A stretch of 64,000 nt of DNA from contig OZ024742.1 of assembly GCA_964016885.1 (NCBI GenBank), positions 146,506,001-146,570,000 on the forward strand. The letters are read 5' to 3'. This DNA is from Eledone cirrhosa (Eukaryota). Position numbers and translations under genes: made by a program. The notes beneath the pieces are model-generated. The model saw nothing but the letters and a program-made list of their open reading frames with translations. It had not been told where the DNA came from and ran no database searches. Shown piece by piece: positions 25,555 through 38,320 of this stretch. Within the stretch, counting starts at the first letter, position 1. Each line of letters starts with the position of its first letter.

Positions 25555-26035
25555 TGGTTCGATAACTGGAAGGTTGTTTATATATTGTCAAAGCTCTTTC
25601 GTCACACATTCTGTAACCAGTGACTAGGCTTTTATTTTGTGTGTCTCTCCTTTGTTCTGTCCTACACCATCTTGTTTTTGTGTGTTGTGTGTTATGTGCT
25701 CAGTTTGCGCATGTGTTACATCCATGTGTGTGTGTTTATTTATCTATTTATGTGTTTATTTACTTGTTCTATCTGTGTGTGTCTGATTTGTTTTGTTAGT
25801 TTGTTTTTTGTGTGTGTCTGTATGGTGTAGGACAGAACAAAGGAGAGACACACAAAATAAAAACCTAGTCACTGAGGAGGTCACAGAATGTGTGACTGAC
25901 GAAAGGGCTTTGACAATATATAAACAACCTTCCGGTTATCGAACCAACCAACCAACCGGAAACTTATAATAAATTGAAGTGAAAATTAACAGGTGCGTGA
26001 GTTTTAATTGGCAACATGACCCTCCCAAAGTATAA
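25555..26035. mobile_element. Non-coding pLTR-like element in inverted arrangement with hammerhead-like motif; same family as 54798-55031
   Basis: 25555-25670 is the reverse complement of 25822-25946, and 25822-26035 matches 54829-55031. Confidence 0.75.
25868..25914 (+). ncRNA. Hammerhead-like motif, variant with TGAC duplication
   Basis: GTCA CTGAGGA G GTCACA gaatg TGTGAC tgac GAAA GGGC TT TGAC. Confidence 0.5.
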
Positions 26036-26110
26036 CAATATCTGTTTCAACACATGTTTTCAGATAAGAAATCTTGCAAAACAAATTCAAAAACGAATTA
26101 TATATATATA

Positions 26111-26876
26111 TATATACTATATTATATTTTGAGATTAAACTCTCAGTCGTTTACAATTAATCAGCTCCAAGAAAGAGGCATTTCCGAGCAGTTAAATACA
26201 TGTTATACATTAATATATATGATAAACACAAAACGTGTTTGCATTGTAACAGACAAAGTTAGCTATCAATGAAATAAACTAATTAAAGTGAATATAATTT
26301 GTCTGTCTCGATATAAGTCAATAAAGACAAGCTTATATTGGCAAAAGCCGTGATTCCTGGACAAATCTAAATTTCAAAATCCAAACCCGCTCCGTAGATG
26401 AATTTGAACTTCGAAATCTAAATATGTTTCGCAACGATGGTACATGAATTGAAAAATAAAGAGAATCGAAATGGAATTGAAATAAAAAGTGATATATCTA
26501 AATCTTCTGTGCTTATCAACAGGAATCCAGTAAAATTAGTACATTCCACCATCAAAAATTTTGCAGGTCTGACTACACGTGTGTGTAACCAGCCAAACTA
26601 GCCGTCCCGCATTCCCGGTGCTAAAAATAACAGCCGTTTATACGGGATTAAAGATCAGCTCTACAGTTAAGGAGCAATATACTATATTATATTTTGAGAT
26701 TAAACTCTCAGTCGTTTAAAATTAATCAGCTCCAAGAAAGCTTGTCTTTATTGACTTATATCGAGACAGACAAATTATATTCACTTTAATTAGTTTATTT
26801 CATTGATAGCTAACTTTGTCTGTTACAATGCAAACACGTTTTGTGTTTATCATATATATTAATGTATAACATGTAT
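26111..26876. repeat. Element with nested direct and inverted repeats
   Basis: Direct repeat 26111-26175/26678-26740; inverted repeat 26196-26334/26738-26876. Confidence 0.85.
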
Positions 26877-26877
26877 A

Positions 26878-27408
26878 TCATCATCATCATCATCATCATT
26901 TTACGTCCGCTTTTCCCTGCTTGCAAGGGTGGGACGGGTCTTATTCAGCACAGCATCTCTCCACTCGTCACGGTCCCTCGTCATCTCCACCGTGAGCTTC
27001 AATGATCTGAGGTCTGTTCTCACCACCTCCGCCCCATGTTTTTCGTGGTCTACCTCTACCACGTCTTCCCTCAACTGGCATTTCCTGGCACTTCTTCACC
27101 CATCGGTCATCCTCCATGCGCATCACATGTCCATACCACCTCAGTCTCCTCTCCCGTACACTACATTCTATCCCTCTCAGACACAGTTTCTCTCTCAACA
27201 CATTTATGCTGGGTCGTTCACGCACATTTACACTGCACATCCAACGGAGCATGCTTGCCTCATTTCTCTCCAGCCGTCGCATATCCTCTGCGGTTGCTGC
27301 CCATGTCTCACCACCATGCAGCATCGCGCTCCTCACACAGGCATCATACAACCGGCCTTTCGTACGCAGGGAGAAACCCTTCTTCGTCAACAGAGGAAGC
27401 AGCTCCCT
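26878..27408 (-). mobile_element. RTE LINE 3' fragment
   Basis: FRELLPLLT...RLYDACVRSAMLHGGETW...RRLRWYGHVMRM...GRPRKTW, (GAT)n tail, 5' end abuts (TA)n. Confidence 0.92.
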
Positions 27409-27749
27409 AAATATATATATATATTTTATATATATACACACACATACATATAGAGTTTTAGAGGAAACTAAGGTTTAGTGGATGGCTTTATGAAAAACCT
27501 ATTATAACTCAGGGAAATAACTCCAAGATGTAAATTTCAAATAGCAAAATCATAAACATGAGCTATAGTAGTATTATGTGGTGCTATATAATATAGAGAT
27601 AGTAATATTTATTAAGATATCCAGTAAAGTACTATAGAAGTTGTACTATATTATGTAAGTGTGGGGGAAAAAAGGGAAAGAAAAGGTATTTTGAAAGTAT
27701 ATAAATCAAATTAAGGTGGTTGAAAAATCAATTGAATTTGGTAAATATT

Positions 27750-28481
27750 GCCACTTAGCCAGCAGTTGACAAATCTGATGCTGGGTGTTGCATGACTGGA
27801 ATGAAAACCAGTACTGCAAAAGCTGAGACAATTGTCCTCTCAAAGAAGCCTGTGCAGTGCACTCTACATCTGAATGGAATTCCACTGAAATAGGTGGAGA
27901 AATTCAAGTATATCAGGGCTGTGTTCATGAGTGATGGAAGGCAGGTGGCTGAATTAAGTGCAAGAATTGCATGAGTTGGAGCAGTAATGTGCCAGCTTCA
28001 GCATTCGGTAATCAGAAGAAGGCAGGTAAGTGTAAAAGCCAAACTCGCCATCTTCAATTCGGTATTTCTGCCAACTCTTACCTATGGTCATAAATCGTGG
28101 GTAATGACAGAAAGAATACGATCACAAATATAAGCAGTAGAAATGGAGTTCCTCTGAATGGTATTTGGAGTAATGTTACTTGATAGAGTGCATGGCTCTG
28201 GGTTGAGCAGTGGCCTCTCTGAATTGAGAGATCACAGGAAAGAACTGGCAGGAGACCCAAGGGTAGACCCCAAGCAAGATAGTTGGATAACAACCATGAG
28301 CTTGGCTGGTCTCATTTGTGAATCCAGCCAAATCAGTTGAAGGCAGTTGCTTCTGACAGGACCTGCTGGAAGGAGTGTTCGAGGACTCTTTCCCCATGGC
28401 CCTCTCTAGAAGCAGAAGAAGAAGAAGAAGAAGAAGAAGAAGAAGAAGAAGAAGAAGAAGAAGAAGAAGAAGAAGAAGAAG

Positions 28482-28510
<29 letters not shown>
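27750..28510 (+). mobile_element. RTE-clade LINE 3' fragment of a different family (Rex3/Expander-like) with (GAA)n tail
   Basis: Manual translation gives VEKFKY...FLPTLTYGHKSWVMTERIRSQI*AVEMEFL with stops, ending in a long GAA run (28393-28510). Confidence 0.7.
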
Positions 28511-28512
<2 letters not shown>

Positions 28513-28514
28513 TG

Positions 28515-30400
28515 GCTTTTGAGATGGAGACATCGTCTATAAATTTCACTCTTTGAGTTCAAATATTTATTGTTCAGGGACGACAAACCTTGTAGTATTC
28601 TAAATTTCTCACTCTGACTGAGATGACATCTCTTGGTACGATTAGTGCAATGACTGGAACTTTTAAGTATCTTCCTAGTAATCTTATGTGGAACTCCTTT
28701 CTCTTTCAATGGCCAGATTTTTATTTTTTTGCCAGAGCTGTACTGGTTTTCTTATCAGGAGTGGAGATGTAAGTAAAGACATTGTTTAAAAACAATATTA
28801 CGCCATACTGACGTATCTTTCATGAACTTCAGAATTTTCTGTGGTGTTGTGTGTGTAATCTCTGCCTCATACACAACGGATTTGATATTACATTTCTGCT
28901 GGAAAGGACAGTTCCTACAAGAGCAGCTTGATTTATGTCAGGTATGTTCTTTGCAGTCATTTTTTTTTATTTCAAAGACAGGCCACATGATAGGATATCT
29001 TGATGGAATTGCAATTGAATATTTTAAAGTTGTAGTGGGAAATGTCTAACTACTAAATCTAAAATCTTCTTACCTACATTCGTCTTTACTTTAAGGGAAA
29101 AGTGGGGTATGAACCAAATAATTCTTCTTTTTCTGTTAGCATTTTTAGTATCGTTGGGTTTGGAATGATTGGAGGTGTACTTAATTTTGTCCTTAAAACC
29201 ACTATCTAGGAGAGTTTGGTTGTAGTAAGACGCAGCCTTATCGAAAATCTCCCTGGTTGCTGATAGATTTGAGATCCTTTGACTAATATTAGAAACTAAG
29301 TTTTTAAAAACAGCAGGGGAGCTGTATGAGACTTTATTAATATATTTCAATTTTTCGTTCGGCTTATGGTATGGTTTATACAAAGCTCTGGTTAAGTCTA
29401 AGTTTTCATTAAAAAATTTTGCGTTATTAAGGTTCGTATCAACTGTAATTTTAAGTCTTAGTTCATGAAAGGTGTCAATTAAATTTTTACGGAATCTATC
29501 CAGAGTGTGTCTGTTGTTACAATAATGTGAAAGGAAAGACCATCATCATGGTATAGACCAAAGGAGTGGTTGGGGAATTTAGACTTTAGTGTATGAATAT
29601 TGCATAAGCTGATAAGATTACATACATCAGCACTATCATATTACCCCATGGAGATGTCAAAAGAATCATCAAGGTCAGAGTTTTTACCCAAGTAGTACCG
29701 TTACTAAATAGGAGAGTTCTATGGACATGGAATATAAGATCATATTCCATGTCACTGATGTATACAAAAGAATGTACAAAGTTTAAAGCAATATTAAGAA
29801 TAGAGGGATAAAAATCTATGATATGAAACTGTGTGAATTTGGTCCTGTTCTTAAAGGTGATTTCTATGAACCAGGAGATGACAGTGAGAGATTGGTGTTT
29901 TTAATAATACAAGTGTTGCTGTCTCTTAAAATGTTTTTTACTAGCCTAAGTCCTAACTTTGTCCTTGCAGGATTTATTAATCTACAGCTAGGCCTGTTTG
30001 TGAAATTAGGTTTCTGATCCTTCAGGGTAATGAAAGCATCACGTTCTGCTAAGCATTCTACTTTATTATCTATTGCAAAATTTGTGGCAACATCTTTGGC
30101 CTCATCATTAATCTTGTTATAGGTGTTAGGCCTTCTGGTGTTTATTTGTTATGCTATTAAGTATAAGATTGTTATATTTTCCTTTTCTTGTTCATAAAAA
30201 CATTATTTTGTCCAAAAATACAAAAACATTCTTAGTCGATTTGTTAGAGGGGATTATGGTCCTTACAAAACTTGATGGTTGCAACTATATCTAACAAGAC
30301 AGCTTCAAATGGGATTAAATCCTTAACTCAAGGGGTGGGTAATTAATGGAATATTAAATTTATCAGTAGCAGTGGTGGCCATTTCATTGTCATTGATCAT
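28515..30400 (-). mobile_element. Degraded Penelope-like element, Hydra-clade-like
   Basis: Fragments PNFTNRPSCRLINPA, YKPYHKPNEKLKYINK, RKRRIIWFIPHFSLKVKTNVGK and C-terminal RCHLSQSEK...LNSKSEIYRRCLH, with many stops and frameshifts. Confidence 0.75.
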
Positions 30401-30443
30401 TGTTTTCTTTTTTCACACATACAGATATTATATAAATACATAC

Positions 30444-30565
<122 letters not shown>

Positions 30566-30606
30566 ATATATATATATACACATATATGTATATATATATA
30601 TATATA

Positions 30607-31438
30607 AGGTTTCTTTCTAAAAATAAAAGGCAGGCTGTATGATGCCTGCATATGAACAGCAATGTTACATGGCAGTGAGACCTGGGCATTGTGTGCAGAG
30701 GATCTCCGCAGACTGGAGAGGAACGAAGCTTGCATGCTTCATTGGATGTGTAATAGTAATATACGCGAACGGCAAAGCATAAATGAACTAAGTGAGAAAT
30801 TAGGAATAAGAGGGATCAGATGCTGTTTACTCAAGAGAAGACTACGTTGGTATGGTCACGTGATGCGCATGAAAGACGACAGCTGTATAAAAAAGTGCAG
30901 GCGGATCAAAATAGATGGAAGCTACGGAGTAGGCAGACCCAGAAAAACCTGGGACGATTTGATAAATTCCGACCTCACACACTTACACCTCTGATGGACC
31001 GTGATCTTTGGCGCTACGCAATAATACAGAAGACCCGCCTTTCCTAAGTACAAAGTGAAACCTACAGTCAGTAGGCACCTCTTAACCAAAATACACCCCC
31101 GTCCCACTACCCCCTACCCTCACCGCCATCTACACCACCCCTTTCGATGTAAAGCTATGTTGGTACCACAACATCCAGTCCTAAATAAATGAGGTCGTGT
31201 AGGTGTCACGACAAAAAAACACACAGTCCACGCTGTAATGTGGCCGTGTAGGTAACACGGTAAAAACCTCCCAGTCCACACTGTAAACGTGGTTGGTGTT
31301 AGGAAGGGCATCCAGCCGTAGAAAACTCGCCAGACAGTCCTGAGCAAGACAGCCAATCTTGCCTCAAGTGGGATAACTCCCGTCCAGACCCATGCTAGCG
31401 TGGAAGATGGACGTTAAACGATGATGATGATGATGATG
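30607..31438 (+). mobile_element. RTE LINE 3' fragment with 3' UTR and (GAT)n tail
   Basis: MLHGSETW...RRLRWYGHVMRMKDDSCIKKC...GRPRKTW; flanked by (TA)n. Confidence 0.92.
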
Positions 31439-31495
31439 AAGCATATATATATACATATATATATATACATATCTATGTATATATATATATATATA

Positions 31496-34047
31496 TCATC
31501 ATCATCATCACCGTTTTACGTCCGTTCTTCCACGCTAGCATGGGTCTGGACGGGTTGTCCTGTTGTGGGCAGTGTCTGGTCGGCTGACCATGCCTTGCTC
31601 ATACAGGAACTGATTTGGCTTGATTTCTACAGCTGGATGCCCTTCCTAACACCAACCTCATTTACAGTGAGTGCTGGGTGCTTTTTCGTGGCGCCTACAC
31701 GTCCACTTTACAGTGTGGGCTGGGTGCTTTTTTGCCGTGGCACCTCCACGAGCACCTTGCGGTGGAGGGTGTGGGGGCATATTGTCTATATGCTTCAGCT
31801 TGTACCCATGGGAGGTCGGGTACACTGTATTACTGCGTGACGCCAGAAGTCACGGTCGTGTGTCATTGCCTTTGAGAGATATAATTGGGTAAGGTCGGCT
31901 TTTATCACCTCATCCCAGGTCATCTTGGGTTTCCCCACTCCGCGGTTTCTATCAACTTCTAGTGCTCTGCACCTTTTTATGCAGCTGTCATCCTTCATAC
32001 GCAGTCTTCAGCGCCCAGGTTTCACTACCATGCAACATTGCTGTTCGGATACACGCATCATACAGTCTGCCTTTCATTCTGAGGGAGAAGCCTTTTGCAG
32101 TTAGCAGTGGTAGTAGTTCCCTAAACTTCTTCCATCCCGTTCTTACCCTAGTTATTGTACTTTCTGAACACCCACCTCCGCTGCTAATTCGGTCACCTAG
32201 GTAGCAGAAGCTGTCTACTGTTTCTACAGGGCCCTCCCACAGATTGGTGGTACTTGTTTCCTGTGGCTGTTTGCTGCTTGCTGTCTCAGCACAGCTGCTG
32301 CATGTGAAGCCTACATTCTTAATTAAGCTTCCTGAGATCCCGCTACATCTCTTGTGTACCCATTGTTTGCATTTGGGGCAGAGAATGGAGTTCCTACCTA
32401 CACCTTTCCTACATACTGAGCAAGGCCATTTCCCTGAGGGGATCTGGGTTCTGTTTTCTCGTCTACTTACAAGGACCTTAGTCTTTGTCATGTTGACTTT
32501 GAGACCCTTTCTTTCTCGTTCCTGCTTCCAAGTTTGGAATTTATTCTCTAGTTCTACCATAGATTCAGCTATGAGTGCGAGGTCATCAGCATACAGGAGT
32601 TCCCATGGGCATCCGGTCTTAAACTCCTCCGTTATTGCCTGCAGGACTATGATGAACAGGAGGGGGCTAAGAACAGAGCCCTGGTGGACACCAACCTGTA
32701 CGCTAAATTCCTCGCTATACTCATTGATAATCCTAACTTTGCTGACTGCTCCCCTATACATGGCTTGTACAGCTTTCACAAGCCATTCATCTACTCCTAG
32801 TTTTCTAAGAGCCCACCAGATTACAGCACGTGGAACTCTGTCAAAGGCTTTCTCAAGGTCGACAAATGCCAAGTAGAGTGGCTTACTTTTTGCTAGGTAC
32901 TTTTCCTGTAATTGCCTCACAAGGAAGAGGGCATCAGTGGTGCCTCTTCCTGGTACAAACCCAAATTGCATCTCGTCTATTTTCACCCGGTCCCTAATCA
33001 ACTGTGCTATAACTCTTTCTGTTACTTTCATGACCTGGTCCATCAACTTTATACCTCTATAGTTTCCTCTATCTAGTGCATTGCCTTTACCTTTGTAGCA
33101 GTTGACAATGATGCTACTGAACCAATCTTTTGGTATGACACCTTCTAGTATTACCTGGTTAACAATACGTGTGGTTATAGTGTGACCTACAGACCCAGAT
33201 GCATTCAGCATCTCGGCAGCTATACCCGATGGACCGGTTGCCTTCCCCATCTTCATATCTTTGATTGCCTTACTTACTACGCTGCTGCTGACTTGTACTG
33301 CTGGCCCCTCTATAGGGTCTACTTGGGGTAGGGTCTCTTCTTCCCATGCATTCTCCTCATTTAGTAATCTATCATAATGACTCTTCCATGCATCTTTCTT
33401 CTCAGCACTTGTGAGGGCAAGCTCACCTTTATCATTCCAGATACACTTCTCTCCAATGACATCACAACTATCTCTGACACACTGCCTCGCAATCTTGAAT
33501 ACCTCCTGTTTCTGGTCCTCACGTTGCAAAACATGCTTGAATTTTCTATCCTCTGCTTCCCTCCTAGCTAAGTATACTTGTCGCATAGCTTCCCTCTTGG
33601 TCTCTATGTAATGTACCCTGCTCCCCCCGTTCTTCCATTCTTTCCATGCCTGTCTCTTGGCCTTAATTGCCTCATTTACCTTATTGTTCCACCACCAAGT
33701 CATTCTCCTCCTGCTTGTGGTCTTACTCCAGCCACAGACCTCATCCGTCTCTTCTAGTAAATTATTTTTTAGGAACTCCCAGTTCTCTTCTACATTGAAT
33801 GTCTCTATCTGTTCTTCTTTACTGTCGTAGGCGTTGAGTAAAATATCTTTAAATCTGTTACTGGTTGAGGGGACTTTCAGCTTCCAGATCTTTCTTCTCC
33901 AGGTTGGCCTCTGTTTCCAGGTTCGTCTAGTTCTGACCGTGAGGTCGCTGACAACTAAGCTATGTTGGGATGTACATTCCTCACTAGGGAAGGCTTTTGT
34001 GTTTACGACCGTCCATCTGTCACGTCCTCTGATGAGGATAAAATCTA
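31496..34047 (-). mobile_element. RTE LINE, 5'-truncated, RT domain open, internal deletion near 31997
   Basis: (GAT)n tail at ~31496-31510, 3' UTR, then a long RT ORF; 5' end abuts (TA)n. Confidence 0.95.
31988..34047 (-). CDS. RTE-type ORF fragment: end of APE domain, RT, Cys-rich insert
   Basis: IDFILIR, WWWN, NYRGIKL, QFGFVPGRGTTDA, AFVDLEKAFDRV, GVHQGSVLSPLLF, LLYADD, CSVC/CPKC, FCYLGD. The MHVYIY N-terminus in the track is microsatellite. Confidence 0.9.
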
Positions 34048-34268
34048 TATATATATATATAAGTATGTATACGTAGATACATATATGTGTACAGACGCAC
34101 AGTAGTATGTATATATATATATATACATGCACACATATATATATATGAACGTATGGGTTTACCGAACATTTATTATAATGTTCGATTTGTTTGTAAACAA
34201 ACAGCCCGAATTACACTGTACAGTGCTCGGCAACCATCGTCGCCCTTTTGTTCAACACTGACACAAGA

Positions 34269-34311
34269 ACGATGTACTAGTTTCAAGCTTATTAGCTATC
34301 GTCAGCATCGT
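34269..34311 (-). ncRNA. Minimal type-I hammerhead ribozyme
   Basis: Minus strand reads ACGATG CTGACGA TAGCT aata AGCTT GAAA CTAG TA CATCGT. Confidence 0.8.
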
Positions 34312-34640
34312 ATACCTTTCTGTCAGATGATTGAATGTCTGAAAGTATATACTTATGCATATTAACCTATAAGTACATATATATATGTGTGCATGTATGT
34401 ATATATATACATACTACTGTGCGTCTGTACACATATATGTATGTATGTATACATAATTATATTTAAGTAACAGCCGTACTAAGAGTGAGAAATGAAATTT
34501 TGTTTCATTCTTTTCCATTTATTGTTTTCGGTATGCCCGGCCGACTAACTCACTCGATATGCAAATGAGACTGCTCAGCCATTAATATGCATAAAGAAAG
34601 TATATACTTTCAGGCATTCAATCATCTGACAGAAAGGTAT

Positions 34641-34683
34641 ACGATGCTGATGATAGCTAATAAGCTTGAAACTAGTACATCGT
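34641..34683 (+). ncRNA. Minimal type-I hammerhead ribozyme
   Basis: ACGATG CTGATGA TAGCT aata AGCTT GAAA CTAG TA CATCGT: 6-bp stem I, intact core, palindromic ACTAGT stem III, GUA cleavage triplet. Confidence 0.82.
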
Positions 34684-34954
34684 TCCTGTGTCAGTGTTGA
34701 ACAAAAGGGTGACGATGGTTGCCGAGCACTGTACGGCATAATTCGGGCTGTTTGTTTACAAACAAACCGAACATTATAATAAATGTTCAGTAAACCCATA
34801 CGTACATATATATATGTGTCCATGTATGTATATATATACATACTACCGTGCGTCTGTACACATATATGTATGTACGTATACATACTTATATTTAGGTAAC
34901 AGCCGTACTAAGAGTGAGAAATGAAATTTTGCTTCATTCTTTTCCATTTATACC

Positions 34955-35002
<48 letters not shown>

Positions 35003-35107
35003 AGCATATATATATATAACCATATATATATATATATATATATATAAATGAAAGGTATAGAAAACATTGTAGCAAAAAGCCAATAAATATAAATATATAT
35101 ATATATA

Positions 35108-35179
<72 letters not shown>

Positions 35180-35315
35180 CATATATATATATATATAAGC
35201 ATATATATATATATATTTATATTTATATTTATATTTATATATATATATATATATACATATATATTTGTTTATGTATATATATATATATATATATACATAA
35301 ACAAATATATATGTA
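34955..35315. repeat. (TA)n-rich microsatellite block
   Basis: Long interrupted TA runs. Confidence 0.9.
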
Positions 35316-35940
35316 TCATCTAAAAGTATTTGCAGAATTAGCATCTAGAGGAAATCCTATATGTCATTTAGTGAGTGGAATATATTTTTTAGTGTAAAAT
35401 ATGGGACACCAATGTATTACATTTATTACATCGATAAAAAAAAACTATGATAGGGAGAAAATGTATTGAACTACACATTTATTTTATGGATGTTATTGGC
35501 AAGAGTTTTGGTGGTGGCATTGGTTGCTATGGAGGTGATGGTGACGTTATTGGTGTGGTTGGTGGTGGTAAATGTTTGTTTTAGAATGAAAAACATTTCT
35601 GGAAATTCATTCCATATACTGGATATGATGTTTCCCTTTGAATATTTTGTGGTTATGTTTTGCGATTATAGAATATGGGTAGCATTTCATCATCATCATC
35701 ATCCCTGCCACCAACACCACCACTATTATCATCATTACATAACCACCACCAGCAGCGTCATAATCATCACTAGCACCACTACCAATATCATCATTATCAT
35801 CATCATCATCATCATCAGTTATTGTTTACTATCAGTAGGCTCAGTACCATAGATAACCACATCAGTCTCTCATGTGATGTCCATACACATTCACTGTATT
35901 ATAATCCTGTCCAATTCTTCACATTATCTATCTACATGTG

Positions 35941-36025
<85 letters not shown>

Positions 36026-36111
36026 TAAAAGGTAAACAGAAATGACAACCCAATCAGTACAGTATATGGAAGGGATATATTAGGTTAATGCTTGATATAG
36101 CAGGAAGAGGG

Positions 36112-36146
36112 TCTTAACGTTTCGGGTGCTGTCCTTCATCAGAAGA
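36112..36146 (-). ncRNA. Putative minimal hammerhead ribozyme
   Basis: Minus strand reads TCTT CTGATGA AGG acagca CCC GAAA CG TT AAGA, with palindromic AACGTT. Confidence 0.55.
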
Positions 36147-36814
36147 AAGAATGAGAAATAAGATAGATTGAGGGGACAGGCCAGACGGAATTGGAAAAAA
36201 TGTCTTTAGATAAAAATAACAGGTTCATTCATGTTGACATCTCTTGCAAAACTGTTGGTGCTGGCGTTTTCTGTATGATTTATTTTTTAGAAAAGTGGAT
36301 GATGGAGCGCGTCTACCTGAAATGGGAAAAAAAACGTTTTGTAAAAAGAGCTATACTTGAGCACGTGTGTGTGTGTGTGTGTGTGTTTGTATGTGTGTGT
36401 GTGTTATTATATGTCCGTACGAAGCTAAGAAGAAATGTGTGTGTATATGTGAATAAAAGAGTGTATGTGTATGTAGGTACGAATCTATGAGCAAAAGTAT
36501 GTTAATATAAGGGTGTATATGTGTGTATACAGAGCAGTGAAGGGAAAAGTGGAGTGAGCATATGTAGTTGGCATGTATTAGTTGTAAGAGAAGCTGCTAA
36601 TGATCAAGAGAAAGTAATAGGAAGCTGACTTTATTGCTTTCCTGCGTGAAATAATGACTTTAGGGAGACAAACATATGCAGATTGGAGTCACATACATTC
36701 ATGAACATGCTTGGTTCTTGGTGAGCTTGCTGGATGTGTCAGTCATTGTCAGGCAACTAGAGTGTGAGGTGCTGTACTACTTGTGCATTGCATTTTCATT
36801 TGGCTTCATACTGC

Positions 36815-36968
36815 CAACATGGATCGCAAGTTCCTGAATAACACGATAACTGGAGATGAGACTTGGGCCTATGGGAAACCAAACTCAGTCATTACAATGA
36901 AAACATCCATTGCCACTAAGGCTCCCAAAAGCATGTCAGATGCAGATCAGCATCAAGGTAATGCTGAC
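36815..36968 (+). mobile_element. Mariner-type transposase remnant
   Basis: FLNNTITGDETWAYG (TGDETW motif), and downstream aaggtaatgctgaca = KVMLT. Confidence 0.7.
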
Positions 36969-37033
36969 AGATGTAAAAGGATATTAATGATATATATATA
37001 AACACTCACACTCACAGACATACACAGAAACAT

Positions 37034-37069
<36 letters not shown>

Positions 37070-37107
37070 ACACACACACACATACACACACACACACACA
37101 CACACAT

Positions 37108-37205
37108 GCAGGCATGGCTTTGCAACTACATGGTTTGGGGCTCAGTCCAACTGTGGACAAGTGTCCTCAACTATAATCCTTAGTTTGATCAATTCCTTGT
37201 GAAAG
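37108..37205 (+). mobile_element. CORE-like SINE remnant, same family as 49933 and 57768
   Basis: gcaggcatggct...ggctcagtcc...gacaagtgtcct head. Confidence 0.5.
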
Positions 37206-37362
37206 AAACGGAAAAAACTATATCAATAATGGATTGTTTAAATATAGGACATAGATTACATTATTGATGTATTCTTATAATATAGGACAAATCTGTCAAC
37301 ATTGGCATCATATTGTTATAATATAGGACATATTTGTGAACATTAATGAGATATTGTTTATA

Positions 37363-37598
37363 TGAGTTCAAATCCCGCCGAGGTTGACTTTGCCTTTCAT
37401 CCTTACGGGGTCGATAAAATAAAGTACCAGTAATGCACTGGGTAATTGCTGGCCTTGTGCCTAAAGTAGAAACAATTAATGAGATATTGTTTAAATCCCG
37501 TCGAGGTTAACTTTACCTTTCATCCTTACGGGGTCGATAAAATAAAGTACCAGTAATGTACTGGGATAATTGCTGGCCTTGTGCCAAAACTAGAAACA
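37363..37598 (+). mobile_element. Two tandem 5'-truncated Nin-domain-like SINEs
   Basis: aaatcccg(c/t)cgaggtt(g/a)acttt(g/a)cctttcatccttacggggtcgataaaataaagtaccag occurs twice. Confidence 0.8.
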
Positions 37599-37919
37599 AT
37601 TAATGAGATATTGTCATAATATAATTCATATCAACATTGGGGTTGTATTGTTATCATATAGAACAAATCTGTCAACATTAGTGATATATTATCATAAGTC
37701 ATGTATGTCAATAGTGGTAGCATATTGTTTATACATAGTATATATCTGTCAACATTGAAGAGACATTTTGTGGCGAGTTTTTTTTCGTGTAATATAGGAC
37801 AGGCATGTCAAACTGAGGGTGTCCCGAGGGCCACGTCGATCACATATGTGTTGTTTGAGGGCCACACACGACAACTAATTGCACACATTACAACTAATTT
37901 TTTTTATTTTATATTATGA

Positions 37920-38320
37920 ATAGTAAAACCTACTCCAGCCAGTAGGCATCTCTTCTCTAACAAAATACACCCCGTCCCACCACCACCACCCCCACCCCAT
38001 CCACACCACCCCGTTCTATGTAAAGTTATGTTGGTGCCGCGCCATCCAGGCCGAAACAAATGAGATCGTGTAGGTGTCACGACAAAAAAACACACAGTCC
38101 ACGCTATAATGTGGCCGTCAGGCAACACGGTAAAAACCTCCCAGACCCACACTGTAAATGTGGTTGGTGTTAGGAAGGGCATCCAACTGTAGAAAACCTG
38201 CCAGACAGTCCTATGCGAGCAAGACAATCACTCTTGCCTCAAGTGGGACTACCCCCGTCCAAACCCATGCAAGCGTGGAACACGGGACGTTAAACGTTGA
38301 TGATGATGATGATGATGATG
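37920..38320 (+). mobile_element. RTE 3' UTR with (GAT)n tail
   Basis: Homologous to 31055-31438. Confidence 0.85.

Larger units (their letters stand above)
34057..34949. mobile_element. Non-coding element in inverted plus partial tandem arrangement, carrying two hammerhead copies
   Basis: 34057-34365 is inverted relative to 34582-34891; 34402-34520 is directly repeated at 34833-34949. Confidence 0.85.

Noticed and set aside
28176-28533. Poly-L, poly-S and poly-E ORFs
   Set aside because: They come from the (GAA)n LINE tail.
34030-34045. CTGATGA at the RTE 5' end
   Set aside because: It is the antisense of the RTE DFILIR codons, with no stem II or GAAA.
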